DNA from: Acidobacteriota bacterium
GTDB lineage: Bacteria; Acidobacteriota; Vicinamibacteria; Vicinamibacterales; UBA2999
DNA: 64,000 nucleotides
Reading direction: 5' to 3'
Assembly: GCA_013140775.1 (NCBI GenBank)
Contig: JABFSA010000014.1
Coordinates: 15,376 to 79,375 of the forward strand
Below are positions 56,813 to 64,000 of this stretch, in pieces (position 1 is the stretch's first letter; each line of letters begins with the position of its first letter). The position numbers and the translations under genes are program-made. A model generated the notes under the pieces. It did not search any database. It saw nothing but the letters and a program-made list of their open reading frames with translations, and was not told the DNA's origin.

Positions 56813-59062
56813 GTGCGATTCCCCAACCTCCCAACCCGTCGCCACATCGAGGATTTTGCCAGGACCAACCCCCGCACGTTCTACGGGGGCGTGCTGGCGC
56901 TCTTCAGCGTATCGCTCGCCACAGGCTTCCTGACATGGTCGCTGCTGTCGGCGTTCCAGGGCCTGCCAGACGGCGAGGTTGTGCGGGCGGCGGGCTCGAT
57001 GAATCGCGCGACCACCATCCTGGACGTGCAGGGCAGACACGCGTTCACCATCTTCAAGGAACAGCGGCTCCACGTCCCTCTCGCACAGGTGTCGCCACAC
57101 CTCGTCAACGCGACGCTGGCCATTGAGGATCAGCGGTTCTACGACCATTCGGGCATCGACGTCATCCGCATCGCCGGCGCAGCGGTGAACAACGTCATCA
57201 AGTGGCGGGCGGATCAGGGCGCGAGCACCATCACCCAGCAGGTGGCCCGGCTGACGTTTCTCAAGCCGGAGAAGACACTCCGCCGCAAGCTGCAGGAAGC
57301 CATCCTCGCCGTGCGTCTCGAACGCGCCTTCACCAAAGACCAGATCCTCGAGCTCTATTTCAACAAGGCCTATTTCGGCGACGGCCTCTACGGCGTCGAG
57401 GCGGCCTCGCTCGGGTATCTCGGGAAGCACGCGTCCGACCTGAATGTGGCAGAGGCGGCGCTCATCGCGGGCCTCGTGAAGTCACCCTCGACCTACGCGC
57501 TTTCCACAGACGCGACACGCGCGACGACGAGACGGAACGTCGTGCTTGGAGCCATGCGCGGCGCAGGCATGATCGACGAAGCAACGCTTGTGTCCGCGGT
57601 GCAGAGTGAAGTCCAGGTGGACGACTCCCTTCGCCGTGAGGACGCCGTCGGTCAGTACTTCAAAGAAGAAGTCCGTCAGCAGCTCGTTGACTGGTTCGGC
57701 TGGGACCGTGTCTATCGCGAAGGCTTGAAGGTCGAGACCACACTCGATCTCGACATGCAGAAGGCCGCCGAGGCCGAGGTCGCGCGCGCGCTCGCTGATA
57801 TCGAAAAGCTTCAGGCACGGCGTCGTCGTCCGGCGCCGACAAATGAGCCGCTGCAGGCGGCACTCGTCGCGCTCGACCCGGCGACTGGCGAGGTTCGGGC
57901 CATGGTGGGGGGACGCGGATTCGAGGAGAGCCGCTTCAACCGCGCGACACAGTCGAAGCGGCAGCCGGGATCGGCGTTCAAGCCGTTCGTCTATGCGGCC
58001 GCACTCGAAGCGGGCTACACACCCGCCACGCTGATTTCCGGGTTGGCCGACCCGATCATGACGTTCCAGGGTGCATGGCTGCCGTCTGACGATCACGTGG
58101 ATGGCGACGCCATCACGATGCGCGCGGCCCTGCGAACGTCGAGTAATCGCGCTGCGGTACAGATGCTCCAAACCATCGGCGTGCCGGCAGCCGCTCGATA
58201 CGCGGAGAGTCTGGGCCTTGGCGCGATGCCACAAGTGCCGTCGCTGGCGCTGGGTTCCGGCGAGGTCACCCTCCAGGCACTGACGTCAGCGTTCGGCGCG
58301 TTCGCCAACCGAGGCGAGCTTGCGGCGCCATCGCTGATTCGTCGAGTGACGTCCAACGAAGGTGAAGTGCTCTACGAATCGCACGTGACACTGACCCACG
58401 CGGTGAGCCCGAGTACCGCCTTCCTCATCACCTCGATGATGCAGGACGTCGTCAACGCCGGTACTGCCGCCCAGATTCGTCAGATGGGATTCCACTTACC
58501 CGCCGCCGGAAAAACCGGTACCACCAGTGAGTATCGCGATGCGTGGTTCGTCGGGTACACGACGAAGCTGGTGACGGGTGTCTGGGTGGGATACGACAAG
58601 CCGCGCACGATCGTGCCAGGTGGCTATGCCGCGCAGATCGCGGTACCCATGTGGACGCGCTTCATGCTCTCGGCCACGAAAGATGACAAGAGCGAGTGGT
58701 TCGGTGCGCCGTCAGACGTGATCGGTGTAGAAGTGGACCGCGCCACCGGACGACGCGCGACGGATGCGTGCCGTCAAACCGGTCAGGTGTCCGTCGAGTA
58801 TTTTGCGAAAGGCACAGAGCCAATCGACATGTGCCCGCTGCACAGGTTTGGCGGGCTGCAGGCGCTGGCGATGGCGCCTCGTGTGCCAGCCGCCGTCGTG
58901 GCATCCAACGCCGTGACATACGAGCAGGCATCGGCAACCGAGCCTGCTGAAGCCAAGGTCGCGACAGCCGCCGTACCAGCTGCCGTACAGGCCGCACCCG
59001 CCCCCGCCAAGAAGCGCGGCTTCTGGTCGCGGGTGTTTGGCAAAGGCGACGACAAGAAATAG
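56813..59062 (+). CDS. Class A penicillin-binding protein (PBP1A family)
   Basis: Transglycosylase EDQRFYDH, GASTITQQ, RKLQE; transpeptidase SAFK, SSN, KTG. Confidence 0.93.
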   Translation: MRFPNLPTRRHIEDFARTNPRTFYGGVLALFSVSLATGFLTWSLLSAFQGLPDGEVVRAAGSMNRATTILDVQGRHAFTIFKEQRLHVPLAQVSPHLVNATLAIEDQRFYDHSGIDVIRIAGAAVNNVIKWRADQGASTITQQVARLTFLKPEKTLRRKLQEAILAVRLERAFTKDQILELYFNKAYFGDGLYGVEAASLGYLGKHASDLNVAEAALIAGLVKSPSTYALSTDATRATTRRNVVLGAMRGAGMIDEATLVSAVQSEVQVDDSLRREDAVGQYFKEEVRQQLVDWFGWDRVYREGLKVETTLDLDMQKAAEAEVARALADIEKLQARRRRPAPTNEPLQAALVALDPATGEVRAMVGGRGFEESRFNRATQSKRQPGSAFKPFVYAAALEAGYTPATLISGLADPIMTFQGAWLPSDDHVDGDAITMRAALRTSSNRAAVQMLQTIGVPAAARYAESLGLGAMPQVPSLALGSGEVTLQALTSAFGAFANRGELAAPSLIRRVTSNEGEVLYESHVTLTHAVSPSTAFLITSMMQDVVNAGTAAQIRQMGFHLPAAGKTGTTSEYRDAWFVGYTTKLVTGVWVGYDKPRTIVPGGYAAQIAVPMWTRFMLSATKDDKSEWFGAPSDVIGVEVDRATGRRATDACRQTGQVSVEYFAKGTEPIDMCPLHRFGGLQALAMAPRVPAAVVASNAVTYEQASATEPAEAKVATAAVPAAVQAAPAPAKKRGFWSRVFGKGDDKK

Positions 59063-59089
59063 CCGGTCACGCATTCTTACCCGCGGCGC

Positions 59090-59105
59090 GGGCACGCGGG
59101 TTGCA
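59090..59105 (+). promoter_or_regulatory. Sigma-54 (-24/-12) promoter, apparently leaderless
   Basis: GGGCAC-GCGGG-TTGCA, 12 nt before ATG 59118. Confidence 0.62.
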
Positions 59106-59117
59106 ATTCTCTCAAGC

Positions 59118-60458
59118 ATGAGACGCGGACTCTCCCGAACCGCGCTGACATGCCTCCTCGCCTGCGCGCTGGTCGTCATTACCTCCTCTCGCCACGTGGC
59201 TGCCTACTCCGTGCTGGCACACGAAGCTGCTGTGGATGCGCTGTGGACCGACACGATCGCACCGTTGCTCAAGCAGCGGTTTCCACAGATATCCCCTGAA
59301 GACCTGCTGAAAGCTCGTGCCTACGCGTACGGCGGAGCCGTCATTCAGGACCTGGGATACTTCCCGTTCGGCAGTCCGCTGTTCACGAATCTCGTGCACT
59401 ACGTGCGATCGGGCGCCTTCGTAGAGGCGCTGCTTCGCGATGCCCGCGACGTCAACGAACTCGCGTTTGCGATTGGCGCCCTCGCCCACTACGCCAGCGA
59501 CAATTCAGGCCATCCGCACGCCGTCAACCGCGTGATCCCGCTGATGTATCCCAAGATACAGGCCCGCTATGGCGACGAGGTGCTCTACGTGAACGCGAAG
59601 GCGCAGCACGTGATGGTCGAGTTTGCCTTCGACGTGTCACAGGTGGCCCAGGGCGCATATGTCGCCACGGCGTATCACGACTTCATCGGGTTCGAGGTCG
59701 CCGAGCGCGTGCTGAATCAGGCGTTTCTCGAAACCTACGGCCTCGAAGCGAAGGACCTGTTTCTCGATCAGGATCTGGCGATTGGCACCTATCGACGTGC
59801 AGTGGGCAAGACAATCCCGCAGCTGACCGAACTCGCATGGCGCGAAAAGCAGGATGAGATCCTCGAACGGAACCCGAAGATTGAGCGCTCCGCGTTCGTC
59901 TATGCGTTGTCGCCACGCGACTACGACCAGACGTTCGGTACGAAGTACCGCAAGCCGGGTTTCTTTGCCCGATTTCTCATCTTCGTGGCGAAGGTCGTTC
60001 CGAAGATCGGCCCGTTCCGCCCACTGGCGTTCGAGCCGCTGACGGCGGATGCGGAACAGCTGTTTCTGGAGAGCCTCAAGGCCTCACGCGACGCGTATCG
60101 TCAATCACTGGTGGCGTTGAGGGCCGGGCGACTGAACCTGAGGGACACGGACTTCGACACCGGAGAACTATCGGGGCGCAGCGAGAATCCGCTGGCCGAC
60201 GAGACGTACGCGGAACTGCTCGGCAAACTGTCCGACAGTAACTTCGCCGGCGTCTCCACCGAATTGCGGGCCGAACTCAACCGTTATTACGCCGCTCCCA
60301 GGAGCGCTCAGACGATGGACCGCAAGAGGCGTAAGCAGCACGAAGAAGCGTTACGGCACCTCACCGCGCTCAATTCCGGTCCGGGTGCCACCGCCTGCGC
60401 ACAGTGCGCGGAACAGCTCAAGCGTGGACCCGAGACTGAACAGGCAAGCAAACGGTAA
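59118..60458 (+). CDS. Zinc-dependent phospholipase C family secreted protein
   Basis: Mature N-terminus YSVLAHE; AYAYGG..QDLGY; LVHY; LAHYASD..GH; HVMVEFAFD. Confidence 0.8.
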   Translation: MRRGLSRTALTCLLACALVVITSSRHVAAYSVLAHEAAVDALWTDTIAPLLKQRFPQISPEDLLKARAYAYGGAVIQDLGYFPFGSPLFTNLVHYVRSGAFVEALLRDARDVNELAFAIGALAHYASDNSGHPHAVNRVIPLMYPKIQARYGDEVLYVNAKAQHVMVEFAFDVSQVAQGAYVATAYHDFIGFEVAERVLNQAFLETYGLEAKDLFLDQDLAIGTYRRAVGKTIPQLTELAWREKQDEILERNPKIERSAFVYALSPRDYDQTFGTKYRKPGFFARFLIFVAKVVPKIGPFRPLAFEPLTADAEQLFLESLKASRDAYRQSLVALRAGRLNLRDTDFDTGELSGRSENPLADETYAELLGKLSDSNFAGVSTELRAELNRYYAAPRSAQTMDRKRRKQHEEALRHLTALNSGPGATACAQCAEQLKRGPETEQASKR

Positions 60459-62485
60459 AGACCGACCCGCCACCGGGCCGGTTGGCGGCCGTGATTGTCC
60501 CGCCATGTTGTTCCACGATCTGTCGCGCGATGGACAAGCCGAGTCCCAATCCGGTGGCGCGCGGCGACAGCTCATCGGCCTGACGGAACGGGTCGAAGAT
60601 GTGCGGTAAGAATGCGGGATCGATACCAGGGCCGTCGTCTTCAACGGCGAGGCTGACGGTTTCGGCCTCAGCCGTGACCACGAGCCGCACGCGACCTCCG
60701 TCCCTTCCGAATGTCACAGCATTGGAAAGTAGATTCCAGAGCACCTGCTGAAGACGTTTCGTGTCGGCCACAAGGTGCACTGCGTCGTCCGGCAGCTGAG
60801 TGTCGATCGTCACGTTTCGTGCGGCCGCTTCCCCACCTACCGTCTCGACGACTCCTTCAACGAGCGCCGGCACGTCTACGGCGTCCAGATGCAGTTGCAG
60901 CCGGCCTCTCGAGAGTCGTGAGGCGTCCATGAGGTCGGAGACCAATCTCGCCTGACTCGTCAGGTTGCGGCAGATGGCATCGGTGGCCTTCGCGGCTCTG
61001 GGGTCCCCCGGTGGTAACGCGTAGCGTATGTGCCCACCCGAGGGCGGCGTTCAGCGGCGTGCGGATCTCGTGTGACAGCGCCGCGAGAAAGGTGTCCTTG
61101 GCGCGATTCACCTCCTCCGCCTCATGGCGCGCTGCCTGTTCGAGGATGAGGGCGGCTCGCGCCTCCTCGTCCTTCTTTCTCTCCGTGATGTCGTGGCCAA
61201 TGCCGCTCATCCGCGTCGGGCGTCCGTCAGCGTCCATGACGACGTGGCCCGCGGCGTAGAGCACACGAATCTGGCCGTCGGGCCGTACGATTCGATGCTC
61301 GAACGTGAAGGCTCGGCCGTCCGCCAGCCCATGCCGCACCACGGCATTGACTCTCTCGCGATCCTCTGGATGAACGCGACCCATGAACGCTTCATACCCG
61401 GTGACGTCGGACGGGCTCAAACCGTAAATCCGGTACATCTCCTCCGACCACCACAGCGCATTCGATGCGACATCCCACTCCCAGCTGCCCACGTGCGCGA
61501 CCTGCTGCGCTTCAAGAAGGCGGTCGTTCACCTTCATCAATTGCTCGGTCCTCTCTGCCACGCGCGCCTCGAGCGCGTGATTCAGCGACCGCAACTCGGC
61601 TTCACTGGTGCGGCGTCTCTTTACCTCCGCTGCCACCGACAGCATCATCGTGTCGGTCACCCCAATGAACGCCTGCAGGAGCAACAGCGACTCATTGGGA
61701 TTGCTTCGCGCGAACGGACCGAAGCCCCGAAGCGTGCCTTCGGTCGCAATCACGGCAACCACCGCAGCTGACGTCGCCGTTTCACGCACACCGAACCTGA
61801 AGGCGCTCCACAAGAGAACAGGAATCAGCAAGAACCTGAGGGGATAGGTACTGCTTGGGGCGGCCCCGAACAGTCCCCATGAGACCACGACCACGCTCAC
61901 CGCGAGGGCCAGGAGCTCAATGAGCCGACGCCCGTTCCATTCCACGGCGAAGGGTGGCTTCCACAGAAGCAACAGCGGTGTCACGACAACGGCGCCGACC
62001 GCGTCCCCGAGCCACCACGTCAGCCAGATCGAAATCGTGTCGTCCACCGGCGCGAGACCGACGGTGGTGAGCGTGGCAACCCCGACGGTCGCCGCGATGG
62101 CCGTCGAGACCATCACTGCCAGCGAGAATTTCAGGATGTCTGGTGTGCGGTCGAAGGCTGACAGACCGCGCGCGAACCTCTGGATCAGCCTGACGCCGAC
62201 GAGCGCTTCAAGCGTGTTGCCGGCGGCGATGGCGACCGACGCCACCAGAACGCCAGAGGTGCTGAGATTGACGAGGAACGCGCCGATGGCCACGATTGGC
62301 CAGGCTTGCCGCCCGAGGAGCAGGAGTGCAGCGAGTGCAATCCCCGTGGGTGGCCAGACCGCGCTGGTACTGGCGTTGACGAAGGCAAGGGAGAGCCCGA
62401 GCCGTCCGGCCGCGTAGTACAGGGCCGTGAAGAGACCCATCCACACGAGGTCAAGCCTGCGCACCCGGACCACGGTGCGCAGCAT
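60418..62485 (-). pseudogene. MASE1-PAS sensor histidine kinase with one frameshift near 61018 (or sequencing error)
   Basis: MASE1 (VWPPTG, WWLGD), PAS_3, H box SHEIRTPLN. After TLR the frame shifts to LPPGDPRAAKATDAICRNLTSQARLVSDLMD and continues into an intact HATPase (NLLSNA, DDGPG, GLGLGL). Confidence 0.8.
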
Positions 62486-62550
62486 GTTAATTCATCCAGC
62501 ATCGACCAGGAATCGCCACGACGAGCGGCGAGGTCGTGCGAGCAATCCGC

Positions 62551-63072
62551 TTACCGCGCGGCGGTGGCTGGTTTCACGACGCAGGCCGTTCCGCCCGCGA
62601 CTTCACGAATCGACGTCGCCTCGAACTCGGACAGGTCGATCGTGCCACGCGATGTCGGGTTGCGGCCCGGAAGCGCGAGACCACCCTCACCGGATTCACC
62701 ACCGGCGTCGATGCGACCGGATACTTCGACGCGCTTGCCGACAAGCCCCTTCAACTGTCCATCCGGTAGGCCCTCGACGTTGTACATTCTTCCGCCGGTA
62801 CCTGCCTCCGGCCCCGGTGCGGACGAGCCCTGGCCCACCACCCTGGCATCAGCAATGGTGTAGCCCTCGAGCCCCCCGGGCTTCTCCGCGAGGTTCGGTG
62901 CTCGGCCGGGCATGTCCCCCTTGCGATAGAGGCAACCCGAAAGCATGACAGCCGTCTGCGTAGCCGGAACCGCACGCTGGCTTGCGCCGGCTGGAACCGG
63001 GGCCTGTCCCGCTGCTGCGCTCAAGGCGGCACACAGGCATGTCGCAATTCCTGTGGCGATAACTGTGTTCAT
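62551..63072 (-). CDS. Secreted hypothetical OB-fold-like protein
   Basis: Signal peptide; LSGCL ... VGKRVEVSG ... terminal C. Confidence 0.65.
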   Translation of the reverse strand: MNTVIATGIATCLCAALSAAAGQAPVPAGASQRAVPATQTAVMLSGCLYRKGDMPGRAPNLAEKPGGLEGYTIADARVVGQGSSAPGPEAGTGGRMYNVEGLPDGQLKGLVGKRVEVSGRIDAGGESGEGGLALPGRNPTSRGTIDLSEFEATSIREVAGGTACVVKPATAAR

Positions 63073-63132
63073 GTGTTCATACCTTCCTGAGTCGCTGGCC
63101 ATGTGTCAGCTCTGCTGTCGTCAGCCCAAAGG

Positions 63133-63148
63133 AGCAAGTCACGTACCG
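63133..63148 (-). promoter_or_regulatory. Sigma-54 (-24/-12) promoter
   Basis: CGGTAC-GTGAC-TTGCT upstream of 63072. Confidence 0.6.
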
Positions 63149-63236
63149 AAGCAGAAACCTCCAGGTTTCGGTCGTGCGTGGGCCAGAGGCTCGAGGCGGC
63201 ATGCTTCGTGAAACGAAGAAGCCGGGGGAATCTCGT

Positions 63237-63818
63237 ATGCTGCACTACACACAGAAACTGAGCCTCGCGTTCGCTGCGACAACCTTGCTGTTCGGATCCT
63301 TGGCGACAGGACAAACGCTGGGTATCAAGGAAGACTTCACCGCGGTTGCGATCGTGAACAACAACCTCGGCAGCGGCGCGGGCACGGTGCTGCTGAGCGT
63401 GACGCGCTGGTCAACCGACGAGGAGCGCAACCGTCTGGTAGATACCCTGCTGAAGAAGGGGCCTGACGCACTGCTGGATGTGCTTCACGACAATCGATCG
63501 ACGGGTACGATCCGAACGCCTGATTCGCTCGGATACGACCTGCGGTTCGCACATCAGACAGCCACGGCTGACGGAGGCCGCCGCATCGTGATCGCCACCG
63601 ATCGTCCGATTGGCTTCTGGGAAGCCACGCGCCAGCCGCGGACGATTGACTACCCGTTCACGGTGATTCAGATGGAGTTCGGACCGGAGGGCAAGGGGAA
63701 GGGAACACTCTCCTACTTCACCAAGATCACGGCCCGCAACAACGTCATCGAGCTTGAGAACTTTGCGACGTCGCCGGTGATGCTGACCGAGATCACCGCC
63801 AAGCCACACGACGACTAG
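63237..63818 (+). CDS. Secreted hypothetical protein
   Basis: Signal peptide; RWSTDEER, GGRRIVIATDRPIGFWE, DYPFTVI; typical codon usage. Confidence 0.72.
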   Translation: MLHYTQKLSLAFAATTLLFGSLATGQTLGIKEDFTAVAIVNNNLGSGAGTVLLSVTRWSTDEERNRLVDTLLKKGPDALLDVLHDNRSTGTIRTPDSLGYDLRFAHQTATADGGRRIVIATDRPIGFWEATRQPRTIDYPFTVIQMEFGPEGKGKGTLSYFTKITARNNVIELENFATSPVMLTEITAKPHDD

Positions 63819-63867
63819 CGGACGACAGCGATAGTGAGGCCGCACGTTGCCCGGCGTGCGGCTCACA

Positions 63868-64000
63868 TCACGCGGCCTTGCGCTTCCGTATACGCCTCGT
63901 GGGCGCAGTGGGTTGGCCAGCCGGCTCCCGCGTCGCTCGAACCGGACGCGCACGTGATGCGGGCCGTTCTTCTCTACCTGACTTGACCGCCGCGAGGCTC
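63868..64000 (-). CDS. 3' end of a gene entering from the right; basic tail resembling Ku (NHEJ) C-termini
   Basis: Frame reads SLAAVKSGREERPASRARPVRATREPAGQPTAPTRRIRKRKAA-TGA; only 43 codons visible. Confidence 0.35.
   Translation of the reverse strand, partial: SLAAVKSGREERPASRARPVRATREPAGQPTAPTRRIRKRKAA

Noticed and set aside
63065-63080. Duplicated ATGAACAC creating a 3-codon uORF (MNT-stop) overlapping the start
   Set aside because: A single 8-nt duplication; RBS spacing fits the second ATG; no evidence of function
63198-63213. Seventh sigma-54 site (CGGCAT-GCTTC-GTGAA)
   Set aside because: Lacks the conserved -12 GC

Overview
GC-rich, gene-dense 64 kb bacterial window. Gene families and repeat style suggest an Acidobacteriota (Vicinamibacterales-like) genome or MAG; this is inference. 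I found no rRNA, tRNA, CRISPR array or intact transposase. About 55 CDS are present and most encode exported proteins. The dominant unexplained feature is a multi-copy periplasmic system. It comprises five small DUF6152-like proteins (predicted mature N-terminus His-His, NPH motif), eight larger secreted paralogs of an unnamed family (GxWEGDTL-type motif, conserved Cys pair) and three secreted metallo-beta-lactamase-fold proteins with degenerate metal motifs. These are interspersed with Oar-type TonB-dependent receptors, c-type cytochromes, an orphan TAXI binding protein upstream of a two-component system, and exported versions of normally cytoplasmic decarboxylase/oxidoreductase families. Also present: six sigma-54-type promoters (three apparently leaderless), GTAG-type REP palindromes with composite and nested miniature repeats, three broken genes (M23 peptidase, amine-oxidase fragment, MASE1 histidine kinase), a catalytically degenerate trypsin-like protein and an orphan DUF433 antitoxin. 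Family assignments are by motif recognition, not database search.
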